Assembly (NCBI GenBank): GCA_041391785.1
Contig: JAWKNI010000007.1
Location: forward strand, 144,556 to 208,555
Reading direction: 5' to 3'
Length of the DNA stretch: 64,000 nucleotides
Origin: Flavobacteriales bacterium
GTDB lineage: Bacteria > Bacteroidota > Bacteroidia > Flavobacteriales_F > PHOS-HE28
Position numbers and translations under genes: made by a program. The notes under the pieces were generated by a model. The model was not told where the DNA came from and did no database searches. It saw nothing but the letters and a program-made list of their open reading frames with translations. Shown here in pieces: positions 49,570-58,403 of the stretch (its first letter is position 1; every line of letters begins with the position of its first letter).

Positions 49570-49890
49570 ATGGCCGACGAGAAGGACCAACCCCGCCAGA
49601 ACCAACTGAACATCGAGATCAGTGAGGAAGTGGCCGATGGCATCTACAGCAACCTCGCCATCATCACCCATAGCAATTCGGAGTTCGTAGTGGATTTCGT
49701 TCGGGTCATGCCCGGCGTGCCCAAGGCGAAGGTCCGTTCACGCATCCTGCTTACACCGCAGCACGCCAAACGCCTGATGCGCGCATTGGCGGACAATGTC
49801 CAGAAGTACGAGAGCGTTCACGGACCCATTCGCGAAAGCGAGATGCCCGAGATCCCGATGAACTTCGGAGGGCCCACGGCGCAGGCCTGA
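49570..49890 (+). CDS. DUF3467 domain protein.
   Basis: IEISEEVADGIYSNLAIITHSNSEFVVDFVRVMPG... Conserved downstream of rpoC in Bacteroidota. Confidence 0.75.
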   Translation: MADEKDQPRQNQLNIEISEEVADGIYSNLAIITHSNSEFVVDFVRVMPGVPKAKVRSRILLTPQHAKRLMRALADNVQKYESVHGPIRESEMPEIPMNFGGPTAQA

Positions 49891-49910
49891 GTTGGATCGA
49901 CACGTTGTAG

Positions 49911-49942
49911 AAAGCCCTCAGACCGGGGGCTTTTTGCTTTTT
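49911..49942. terminator. Bidirectional intrinsic terminator between convergent genes.
   Basis: aaagccc-tcagaccg-gggcttt, followed by tttttgcttttt. Confidence 0.6.
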
Positions 49943-49973
49943 GAACGGCCTTGGATAGGTACTACGGCCTGCC

Positions 49974-50213
49974 TCAGAACCTCGAACGCTTGAGGCGATC
50001 GACCACCTGCCCATCGGCACATACCGCGTTCAGACGCCGTTCGATGTGCTTCTCGTAGCCGTCGCTGGCATAACCATGCCGGATCAGGTGCAGGTCAAGC
50101 AGCAATTCGTCCACGAGTTCCCAATGCGCCGCATCGATGCCATGTCCGGCGGGAAGTTTCTCATACTCACCTTGCACACTGTCGTATGCGTCCAACAGAG
50201 CGTGGTCGATCAT
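49974..50213 (-). CDS. Small hypothetical protein (79 aa), translationally coupled (ATGA overlap) to the upstream patatin-Omp85 gene.
   Basis: ATG at 50213 overlaps the TGA of the 50210..52492 gene. The track's longer 110-aa version overlaps that gene. Confidence 0.45.
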   Translation of the reverse strand: MIDHALLDAYDSVQGEYEKLPAGHGIDAAHWELVDELLLDLHLIRHGYASDGYEKHIERRLNAVCADGQVVDRLKRSRF

Positions 50214-52492
50214 TCGTGGGCTTTCTGGTTGAACAGGATGTAACCGAAGTTCAAGCTCCAGGCCCAGGGTTCGCGCAGGCCGTCGAAATAGCTCGTGTTG
50301 AACCATACCGGCCCGAGCGGACTTTGATAGATCAAGGAACCGGATGCGATGTAGGATCGTTCCGTGAAGGAGGGAGCGGTGATCGCCATGCCCTCTTCAT
50401 TCGGTACGATGGGTTCGTACGGTTGGAATACGTAGCCCTCCAGGCGCAGGTCGAAGCGGTTCCGTGCCACGGCGATGATCGTACGGATGCCACCGGCCAG
50501 GTACTTGGGTGCGCGGAATTCAGGGATGAAGTAGGTGCGGCTCTCCGGGGTGGGTTGGAAGGCCGGTGACCGGATGATGCTCTCCGTATAGTTCTCGAAC
50601 ATGGGCATGGTGCTGTACTGCCCTTCCACAAGGAACCCGAACTTGAACACCCCGCGCGGAAGGAAATACTGGTCCAGTGTCACTTTGGCCATACCCCAAT
50701 CATGGGCTTTCCGATAGGCTTTCGTGCCGCTTGCTTGCGTGGATCCCAGATCGGTCTCCTCATCTCCGGTGATGAAACGAACGGATGCGCTCAAGGCACC
50801 GCCGGCATTGGCATGCTGTTTCCGGTTCAGCGAATTCCGCTCAAGCAACAATCCCGATGTGAAATGGCGGAAGGAGGTGACATCCGCCGTGTCCTGTCCG
50901 GTGAAGTCGACGGTCTGGTAATAGCTGTCCTTGGTCTCGGCCATCTTTGCGTCGAACCGGAGCAGTCCTTTGTTGCCAAGGCCCATGCCGGCATTCAGCC
51001 CACCCCATGCCTCGCGGATCACCACGAAGGATGGCCTCACTTCATCGAAGAAGGTGGTGAAGCTCCGGAAATGGTCCCACCGATGAAGGGTGAAGACCGG
51101 TTCAAGGTAAAGTGGCACTGCGGTGGAGAGGTCCGCGCGGAGCTTGGCCTGCCCGGCGGTGTAGAATTTGCCGAAGTAAGAGTTCGCCTCCAACCGTGCC
51201 GAGGTGGATCCGAACAGGTTGTATCGCAGTCCGACCATGCCGGTATTGATGGGACGGGAGGAGAACATCCCACCGAAGGACACCTCCAGGTCCTTCTCGG
51301 TCTTCACGTAGATGTCCAGGTCGAAATGATCCGCGGCCTTGTCATAGGTGGCCTTCGGATACATCAACGCGATGTTCCGATCGGCGATCAGCCTGAAGTA
51401 CATCGGCTTCAAGCGATCCAAGGTGATCGTCCGGTCCCGTCTTTCAAGGGATCTGGCGATGTACCTGGTCTGTGATCTGGTCAGGCCATGGATCGAAATG
51501 TCACCCACCACCATCAACGGTGATCGCCTCCGAAAGGAAGCTCGCCTAGCCTGCACTTCTCCCTTCGGAGTTCGTCGTTGGATCTGTGCCAGGATCTCGG
51601 GCATGCGTTCCATGGCCGCTGTGTAACCATCGCGAATGGCCACACTGGGGTCGGAGAAATCGAAGAGTGTCGCAGTGGTCCTGGGTTCGATGATCACGCC
51701 GTTCTCACAGATCACCGAATAATCGGTGTGTTCCTGCATCATGGCCCTCAGTTGGCTGAGCAGGTCGTCCTCAGAGGGAGGCGCCGAGTTGTTCGCCACG
51801 TTGCTGCCGATGATGATGTCCGGCAGGAAATCGTTGTACATCACATCGCTCGGGAAGTTGTTGTAAAGCCCACCATCCATCATCAGGTGACCGTTCACGC
51901 TGATCGGTTTGAAATAGAACGGATAGCTCATGCTCGCCCGCACCGCCTGGGCCAGATCCCCCTTTCCGAAGACCACGGAACGCTGATCGGTCAGGTCCGA
52001 GGCCACGCACCGGTAGGGCACGAAAAGGCTGTCCATATCGTATCCGGCAAGGGCGCTGGCAGGCCCGAACGTGCGCATCTGTTCGAAATCGAGCAATGCA
52101 GGATTCCGGAAGTTGGTGGGCAGAGAGGTCTGCAATGCGGTGTCCAGGTCGAACTTCAAACTGATCAGGGAGGCATCCGGATGATCCTTTTTGAAGTGGT
52201 ATTCGAAATGCTCCTCGATCCCACCTTCCGCCATGATCTTGTACAGGTCCGTGCTGAACAGGGAATCCATTTCCCAGGGTGAAAGCCCGGCCGCATACAT
52301 TCCCCCGATAAGCGCTCCCATGCTGCTCCCCGTGATGTAATCGATCGGGATGTCGTTCTCCTCCAGGGCCTGGATGACACCGATATGGGTGAGCCCCACC
52401 GCCCCACCGCCGCTCAGCACGAGGCCTACACGCTGCCCGTGGACCACGGATAGCGCGCAAAGCAGCAGGAAGGAGAGGAGGGAACGCGGCAT
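50210..52492 (-). CDS. Patatin-like phospholipase with a C-terminal Omp85/BamA-type beta-barrel (PlpD-like).
   Basis: MPRSLLSFLLLCALSVVHGQ is a signal peptide (ATG at 52492). GLVLSGGGAVGLTHIGV...GSSMGALIG is the patatin GxSxG. The C-terminal half is the surface-antigen beta-barrel, ending ...SLNFGYILFNQKAHE. Confidence 0.85.
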   Translation of the reverse strand: MPRSLLSFLLLCALSVVHGQRVGLVLSGGGAVGLTHIGVIQALEENDIPIDYITGSSMGALIGGMYAAGLSPWEMDSLFSTDLYKIMAEGGIEEHFEYHFKKDHPDASLISLKFDLDTALQTSLPTNFRNPALLDFEQMRTFGPASALAGYDMDSLFVPYRCVASDLTDQRSVVFGKGDLAQAVRASMSYPFYFKPISVNGHLMMDGGLYNNFPSDVMYNDFLPDIIIGSNVANNSAPPSEDDLLSQLRAMMQEHTDYSVICENGVIIEPRTTATLFDFSDPSVAIRDGYTAAMERMPEILAQIQRRTPKGEVQARRASFRRRSPLMVVGDISIHGLTRSQTRYIARSLERRDRTITLDRLKPMYFRLIADRNIALMYPKATYDKAADHFDLDIYVKTEKDLEVSFGGMFSSRPINTGMVGLRYNLFGSTSARLEANSYFGKFYTAGQAKLRADLSTAVPLYLEPVFTLHRWDHFRSFTTFFDEVRPSFVVIREAWGGLNAGMGLGNKGLLRFDAKMAETKDSYYQTVDFTGQDTADVTSFRHFTSGLLLERNSLNRKQHANAGGALSASVRFITGDEETDLGSTQASGTKAYRKAHDWGMAKVTLDQYFLPRGVFKFGFLVEGQYSTMPMFENYTESIIRSPAFQPTPESRTYFIPEFRAPKYLAGGIRTIIAVARNRFDLRLEGYVFQPYEPIVPNEEGMAITAPSFTERSYIASGSLIYQSPLGPVWFNTSYFDGLREPWAWSLNFGYILFNQKAHE

Positions 52493-52545
52493 GGTGGATC
52501 CGGGTAGCGCAAAAGTAGGGCCGCCCTGCCCACCGGCCCGGCCGT

Positions 52546-53325
52546 TCACGGAAGCTTAAGACCGCGCACGTATTCCGGAAAGCGCCGCATGCGCGTGCCG
52601 TACCAACTGAAGAATTCACCGTCCACGAGCCGCACGGGGGTACCGGGACAGATCATGTTCAACTCGATAACGTGCTTCTCCTTGAACGGATAGGGTTCTG
52701 AAGAAAGGAGGATGATGTCCGGATCCGCCTCCGCCAACACGCTCGGTGTCACTTCCGGATACCTGGAGGTATGGCCGAGGAAGACATTGTCCAGCCCTGC
52801 GCGGTGCAACATGTCATTCACAAAGGTGTTGTGCCCTGCCGCCATGGACGGCGAGCGCCAGATGAGGTAGGCCACCGTCCTGCGCTGATCCTGCGGCCTC
52901 AGGGCTGCGAACTGCGTTTCGATCTCCTTGAGAAGGACCTCCGCGCGCGTTGAGGTCGCTGTAAGTGCACCGATCCGTTGGATCATGTCCATGGCACTCA
53001 CCAGATCCTGCACGTCGCTCATCCAGACCGGGTACTCCTTCTCGAGCAGTTCGATATCCTTACGCTCGTTCTCCTCCTTGTTGCCGATGATCAGGTCAGG
53101 TTTCAGCGTGTGCACCTTTTCGATGTCCACCTTCTTCGTGCCCCCCACGCGTGGCTTGGTACGGAACCACTCCTCCGGATGCACGCAGAATTTGGTGATG
53201 CCGACCACGCGCTCGCCCAGGCCAAGGTCGTGGAGCAGCTCGGTCTGGGAGGGGACGAGGGAGATGATGCGAACGGGATGCTCCGGCACGCGGACTGTGC
53301 GGTGCATCTGGTCGATCGAGACCAT
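52546..53325 (-). CDS. Periplasmic substrate-binding protein of the TroA/BtuF-like (helical-backbone) ABC family. No adjacent permease or ATPase.
   Basis: IISLVPSQTELLHDLGLGERVVGIT...LKPDLIIGNKEEN...DPDIILLSSEPYPFKEKH. Confidence 0.65.
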   Translation of the reverse strand: MVSIDQMHRTVRVPEHPVRIISLVPSQTELLHDLGLGERVVGITKFCVHPEEWFRTKPRVGGTKKVDIEKVHTLKPDLIIGNKEENERKDIELLEKEYPVWMSDVQDLVSAMDMIQRIGALTATSTRAEVLLKEIETQFAALRPQDQRRTVAYLIWRSPSMAAGHNTFVNDMLHRAGLDNVFLGHTSRYPEVTPSVLAEADPDIILLSSEPYPFKEKHVIELNMICPGTPVRLVDGEFFSWYGTRMRRFPEYVRGLKLP

Positions 53326-53333
53326 TCAGGATC

Positions 53334-54689
53334 CTATTTCAACTTCCCGATGATATCCTGCTTCGTGATGATCCCGAAGCCGTTCTGTAGTTCGACCAGC
53401 ACGGCAGGCGAACCGTTCCCGAGGCGCTTCGCCACATCTTCGAGCTGGGCATCCGGTCCGATCACCGGCAGGGCCGGGCCCATCACCACACGGGCTTTTT
53501 GGTGGCGCACCTCAGCATCCTCCAAGATCGCATCGAACAGGCGTGCATCGGTGATCGTACCGACCGGTTTTCCGCCTTCCATCACGGGCAATTGATCGAT
53601 GTTGTGCGCGCGCATCTTATCAATGGCGTTCAAAACGGGTTCATCGGCCTCGACACTCAGGAGCTGGAGGTCCTTGCCTTTGAGCAGATCGCCGGCGTTG
53701 GGTTTCTCCTCGACAAGGAAACCACGCTCGCGCATCCAGTCGTCATTGAACATCTTGCCGAGGTAGCGTGTGCCGTGGTCATGGAAGATCACCACGATCA
53801 CGTCCTCCGGTCTGAACCGGTCCTTGAGCTGCATCAGGCCTGCGATGGCAGCGCCCGCGCTATTGCCCACGAAGATCCCTTCATCGCGCACGATCTTCCG
53901 TGTGTAGATGGCGGCGTCGCGGTCGGTCACCTTCTCGAAGTGGTCGATCAGGTCCATGTCCACGCACTTGGGCAGGAAGTCCTCGCCGATGCCTTCGGTG
54001 ATGTAGGGGTAGATCTCGTTCTTGTCGAACTCACCCGTCTCCTTCAGTTTCTTGAACACCGATCCGTAGGTATCGATCCCCCAGACCTTGATCGCGGGGT
54101 TCTTCTCCTTCAGGTAACGGCCCGTGCCGCTGATGGTTCCCCCGGTGCCCACGCCCACGACCAGGTGCGTGATCCTGCCCTCGGTCTGCTCCCAGATCTC
54201 GGGTCCTGTGCTTTCATAGTGCGCCTGGGCGTTGCTCAGGTTGTCGTACTGGTTGGCCTTCCAGCTGTTCGGGGTCTCGTTCACCAGCCGGCTGGACACT
54301 GAGTAATAGGAGCGGGGGTCCTCCGGATCGACGTTCGTGGGGCAGACGATGACTTCGGCACCGAAGGCGCGCAATGCGTCGACCTTCTCCTTGCTCTGTT
54401 TGTCAGTGGTGGTGAAAATGCACTTGTAGCCCTTGATGATCGCTGCGATGGCCAGGCCCATGCCCGTGTTGCCGCTGGTGCCCTCGATGATGGTGCCACC
54501 GGGCTTCAGCAGCCCCGCTTTTTCGGCATCCTCCACCATCTTCAGGGCCATGCGGTCCTTGATGCTGTTGCCGGGGTTGAACGTTTCCACTTTGGCCAGG
54601 ACGGTGCCGGGTACCTCGCGGGTGATCTTGTTCAACTTCACCAACGGCGTATTCCCGATGGTGGTGAGGATGTTCTCGTGGATCTGCAT
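53334..54689 (-). CDS. Cystathionine beta-synthase (PLP-dependent CysK-like domain plus tandem CBS pair).
   Basis: NPGNSIKDRMAL...GTSGNTGMGLA. C-terminal CBS domains. 451 aa. Confidence 0.85.
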   Translation of the reverse strand: MQIHENILTTIGNTPLVKLNKITREVPGTVLAKVETFNPGNSIKDRMALKMVEDAEKAGLLKPGGTIIEGTSGNTGMGLAIAAIIKGYKCIFTTTDKQSKEKVDALRAFGAEVIVCPTNVDPEDPRSYYSVSSRLVNETPNSWKANQYDNLSNAQAHYESTGPEIWEQTEGRITHLVVGVGTGGTISGTGRYLKEKNPAIKVWGIDTYGSVFKKLKETGEFDKNEIYPYITEGIGEDFLPKCVDMDLIDHFEKVTDRDAAIYTRKIVRDEGIFVGNSAGAAIAGLMQLKDRFRPEDVIVVIFHDHGTRYLGKMFNDDWMRERGFLVEEKPNAGDLLKGKDLQLLSVEADEPVLNAIDKMRAHNIDQLPVMEGGKPVGTITDARLFDAILEDAEVRHQKARVVMGPALPVIGPDAQLEDVAKRLGNGSPAVLVELQNGFGIITKQDIIGKLK

Positions 54690-54740
54690 TGCGGCCGTGA
54701 AGGTAGGACAGTGGGCGCAGGGGGCGATGTGGGCACCGCG

Positions 54741-56351
54741 CTACGCGAAGCGGATCGCCCGCGCTGGAGCGATGCGCGATACATAAAGGCTTGGCAGCAC
54801 CATTGCGATGATGCACACCATCAAGGTGCCGATGTTGAGCAGCAGCAGCGGTCCGGGCTCCACGGCCACCGGCACGGCGTCCACATAGTAGCTCTCAATG
54901 GGAAGAGTGACCACCCCGAAACGATGTTGAACGGCACAGGCCAGCAGACCTAGTAGATCCCCGAGCAGAATACCGATGCCCAGGATGTAGGCGGCATCGA
55001 TCAGGAATATCGAACGGATCCTGCCATCACTCGTGCCCAGGGCCTTCAACACACCGATCATCGTGGTACGCTCCAGAATGATGATGAGCAAGGCAGAGGT
55101 CATGTTGATGATGGCCACCACGATCATGAGCACGATCACCACGATCACGTTGGTGTCCAACAATTCAAGCCAGGCGAAGATCTCCGGGAACCTGTCCCGG
55201 ACACTCAACGACCGCAGGCCTACATCGAGGTACTTCCGATAGACCAGATCATCCATGGCCATGAGGTCCTCGAACCGGTCCAATTCCACTTCGAAGCCAC
55301 CGCAATACTTGGTGTGGCTTCCCCCAGATCCACCGCGTTCCTTGATCGTTACCGATCGCACTTCAACATCGCCAACACCCCGGCTTGTTATCGGCGAGAA
55401 GGTCATCAGATCCGGTATGATGCGTACCCAAGCCGTATCGGGGATCGTGTGGTCGGCGTCATGCACCACGAGGATCACACGGTCGTTGAGCATAATTGAA
55501 ACTTCCAGCCAATGCGGCCCTTTACCCTTCCACTCGCGGCCCGGCCACTCGTACGTATAGATCCGATCACCACCGAATGCCAGTCCCTCCACCTTCACTT
55601 TGCCCCCGACAACGGTGTCGTTCACCAGTATCTCGGCTTTCAAACCCCATTGTGCGAAGCGCTGCAAGTGATCGATATCGACGTAGACCAGTTGATGGTC
55701 CAGTTGTTCCAATCCCGTTTCGTACAGCCCGGAAACCCTGAACTTCCGGGGGCGGATGTCATCGCGGTCCTTGACCAGGTAGACCGTGATCGTGTCGGAT
55801 ACACCAATGAGCAGCCGCTTGCTCAGGTATTTGGAGAGGAGGAGGTCGATAGGCCTACTGCTATCACCGATGGCGGGCAGCGATCCTTCGATCAGGTGTT
55901 CGGCTAGGAAGGTCCAGTCGTGATCCCTGCCCACGCCCTTCACCACCACGCCTTGGATGTCCTCATCCGTTTCGATGATCCCTGGTTTGGTGGCATAGAT
56001 CTGGATATGTGCGACCCCGGGTACTGTATCCAAAGAAGGGTAGAACGGTTGCGCTATGGCCACACGGGGTGTCTCTTTCGGGTCGGTCTGGCGCAGTGCG
56101 GTGATCTGCAGGTGCGATCCCGCTCCCGTTACCTTCGCACGCACCTCACGCTGAAAGCCGCTGGTGACCGCCACGGTAACGATCATGACCGCCATGCCCA
56201 GAACGATACCGATCACCGCGATGCCCACGATGGGGCGCGACAGTCGATGCATGCGATCCGTGTCCCCGGAACGAAGGATACGGCGGGCGACGAAATGGGC
56301 GAAGCTCACGAAGGGCGCGGTGCGTGTGGTGTTCGCGAAGATAGCGTGCAC
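54741..56351 (-). CDS. FtsX-family ABC transporter permease (MacB/LolE-like) with a large periplasmic domain. GTG start uncertain.
   Basis: N-terminal FVARRILRSG...IVGIAVIGIVLGMAVMIVTV and the C-terminal FtsX 4-TM bundle (...VLPSLYVSRIAPARAIRFA). Confidence 0.7.
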   Translation of the reverse strand: MHAIFANTTRTAPFVSFAHFVARRILRSGDTDRMHRLSRPIVGIAVIGIVLGMAVMIVTVAVTSGFQREVRAKVTGAGSHLQITALRQTDPKETPRVAIAQPFYPSLDTVPGVAHIQIYATKPGIIETDEDIQGVVVKGVGRDHDWTFLAEHLIEGSLPAIGDSSRPIDLLLSKYLSKRLLIGVSDTITVYLVKDRDDIRPRKFRVSGLYETGLEQLDHQLVYVDIDHLQRFAQWGLKAEILVNDTVVGGKVKVEGLAFGGDRIYTYEWPGREWKGKGPHWLEVSIMLNDRVILVVHDADHTIPDTAWVRIIPDLMTFSPITSRGVGDVEVRSVTIKERGGSGGSHTKYCGGFEVELDRFEDLMAMDDLVYRKYLDVGLRSLSVRDRFPEIFAWLELLDTNVIVVIVLMIVVAIINMTSALLIIILERTTMIGVLKALGTSDGRIRSIFLIDAAYILGIGILLGDLLGLLACAVQHRFGVVTLPIESYYVDAVPVAVEPGPLLLLNIGTLMVCIIAMVLPSLYVSRIAPARAIRFA

Positions 56352-57534
56352 CCTGTTGGTGGTCGGCGCGACCGCACAGTTCCAGTTGCCCAGTACGGCG
56401 GTCCTGTTGCCTCAACAGTCCAATGCGGTCGTGGTCGGTGCCGAACGCACAGGGAAGTATCTTCCATTGCTCTCCAGGAAGCGGGTGGCGATCGTGACCA
56501 ACAGGACCGGTCGGATCGGGAATGTATCATTGGTCGATTCGCTCATCGGTGCCAACGTGCAGGTGGTGAAGGTCTTCGCCCCGGAACATGGCTTCAGGGG
56601 TGATGCCGATGCCGGTGAGCACGTTGCGAACGGGAAGGATGAACGCACCGGCCTGCCGGTGGTTTCGCTGTATGGAAACAACAAGAAGCCCACACCCGAG
56701 CAATTGAAGGATGTGGACGTGATCGTCTTCGATATCCAGGATGTCGGGGTGCGGTTCTACACGTACATCAGCACACTGCACTACGTGATGGAGTCCGCGG
56801 CCGAGAATGGAAAGGAGGTGATCGTGCTGGACCGGCCGAACCCGAACGGATTCTATGTGGATGGGCCGTTGCTGGAGAAGAACCTGTCCTCGTTCGTCGG
56901 CATGCATCCGGTCCCATTGGTGCATGGGATGACCATTGGTGAATTCGCACGGATGATCAATGGTGAGTCCTGGTTGAAGCAGGGAAAACGATGTGCACTG
57001 ACAGTGATCCCGTGTGAGGGATACGATCACGATACGATCTACGAGCTGCCTGTACGTCCTTCGCCGAACCTGCCGAACATGGCAGCAGTGTACCTCTATC
57101 CATCTCTTGGCCTGTTCGAAGGGACCCTCGTCAGCGTGGGGCGAGGCACTGACCACCCGTTCCAATGCATCGGGTATCCCGGGAACCCACTGGGTCAATA
57201 CCACTTCACCCCGGCCTCAATGCCCGGTGCCAAGGAGCCGCCACATCTTGGCAAGGAATGCACAGGCCTCGACCTTCGGGAGTACGGCACCTTCCAGAGC
57301 CGGATGGACCGTTCGCTGCGGCTGCACTGGCTCATCGGCATGTACAAGGCATCTCCATATGGTCCGGGCTTCTTCACCCCATTCTTCGATCGGTTGGCCG
57401 GTACGACCCGCTTGCGTGAGCTCATCCTCGCTGGCGATGATGAGGAGAGCATCCGTGCGGGGTGGCGCCCGGGTGTGGAGGGTTTCCTGAAGATGCGCGC
57501 CAAGTACCTGCTTTATCCGGACCAAGCGCGCTGA
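56251..57534 (+). CDS. namZ: DUF1343 family exo-beta-N-acetylmuramidase (NamZ-like). Start uncertain.
   Basis: ...VAIVTNRTGRIGNVSLVDSLIGANVQVVKVFAPEHGFRGDADAGE...VIVFDIQDVGVRFYTYISTL... The track ORF start at 56164 is GTG and overlaps the divergent permease. The first ATG preceding the signal-peptide-like VVFAKIACTLLVVGATAQ is at 56251. Confidence 0.75.
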   Translation: MRSVSPERRIRRATKWAKLTKGAVRVVFAKIACTLLVVGATAQFQLPSTAVLLPQQSNAVVVGAERTGKYLPLLSRKRVAIVTNRTGRIGNVSLVDSLIGANVQVVKVFAPEHGFRGDADAGEHVANGKDERTGLPVVSLYGNNKKPTPEQLKDVDVIVFDIQDVGVRFYTYISTLHYVMESAAENGKEVIVLDRPNPNGFYVDGPLLEKNLSSFVGMHPVPLVHGMTIGEFARMINGESWLKQGKRCALTVIPCEGYDHDTIYELPVRPSPNLPNMAAVYLYPSLGLFEGTLVSVGRGTDHPFQCIGYPGNPLGQYHFTPASMPGAKEPPHLGKECTGLDLREYGTFQSRMDRSLRLHWLIGMYKASPYGPGFFTPFFDRLAGTTRLRELILAGDDEESIRAGWRPGVEGFLKMRAKYLLYPDQAR

Positions 57535-57567
57535 CCATGGCCGACCACGCCATGCAGGGATAACCTA

Positions 57568-58332
57568 TTGCAGGTGATCCCATTGAAATGGCCTGTGAGA
57601 ACACCACTTCTTTGCCTGGTCGCGGCTTTTGTGGCCTTTTTCGGAAGGGTCGCTGCCCAGGATGACCTCTTGTTGCACGATGACCTCTTCGTGATGGGCG
57701 ATGCCGGTGAGGACCCTTCACCGGACCTGAACAGATACGAACGGCTGAACCGGTCCCTGGGTGCGGATTCCGTTCGGATCTGCAACGGACAGCCTTGTAT
57801 CGGGTGGGTGGAGGACCTCTATCCGGACAGCTCGCTGAAGCACCGTGGTTACTATGATGCTGGGCTCCTTACCGTGTACAGGAATTACCACCCCAACGGG
57901 GTCTTGGAACGAGAATTCAAGGCGTTGGATGCGGTCAAGTCGATCATGAGGACGTACCACTCGAACGGGAATATCCGCTCAGAGGCGCGCTATGCGGACG
58001 GCATCCCTTACCGCTACGAGGATCATTATGTGGATGGCAAGCTTCGGTATGAGGAAGAGAAGCACCGGAAGGACCCGTACTACATCACAATGAACCTGTA
58101 TGCTGCAGATGGCCTGCCAGTAAGCACCCTTGAGCTCGTGGACAAGAAGAAGATAGAATTCACGCAGAAGGAATTCCACCCGGGCGGGGCATTGAAATGC
58201 TCGGGCCAGGCTCGGTACGATCGCAGCCGTATGGACACCCAACGGATCGGCACCTGGGTGTACTACGACACGGCCGGTGCGGTCATCAGGGAGGAGGATT
58301 ACGCTGACGGGAAGTTGGCCACCGTTCGCTGA
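57568..58332 (+). CDS. Secreted MORN-variant repeat protein (YwqK-family-like). TTG start.
   Basis: Signal-peptide-like PLLCLVAAFVAFFGRVAAQ. Repeats of the type G.YY..G.L...Y..Y.NG (HRGYYDAGLLTVYRNYHPNG; GTWVYYDTAGAVIREEDYADGK). Confidence 0.55.
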   Translation: MQVIPLKWPVRTPLLCLVAAFVAFFGRVAAQDDLLLHDDLFVMGDAGEDPSPDLNRYERLNRSLGADSVRICNGQPCIGWVEDLYPDSSLKHRGYYDAGLLTVYRNYHPNGVLEREFKALDAVKSIMRTYHSNGNIRSEARYADGIPYRYEDHYVDGKLRYEEEKHRKDPYYITMNLYAADGLPVSTLELVDKKKIEFTQKEFHPGGALKCSGQARYDRSRMDTQRIGTWVYYDTAGAVIREEDYADGKLATVR

Positions 58333-58350
58333 ACGATCGAACTGAAATGA

Positions 58351-58388
58351 GAAGCCCCGTGCGACAAGCGCACGGGGCTTCATCTTTT
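58351..58388. terminator. Bidirectional terminator between the convergent MORN-repeat gene and dnaK.
   Basis: 13-bp stem gaagccccgtgcg/cgcacggggcttc, followed by atctttt. Confidence 0.6.
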
Positions 58389-58403
58389 CGTCGTTCCTGG
58401 TGA

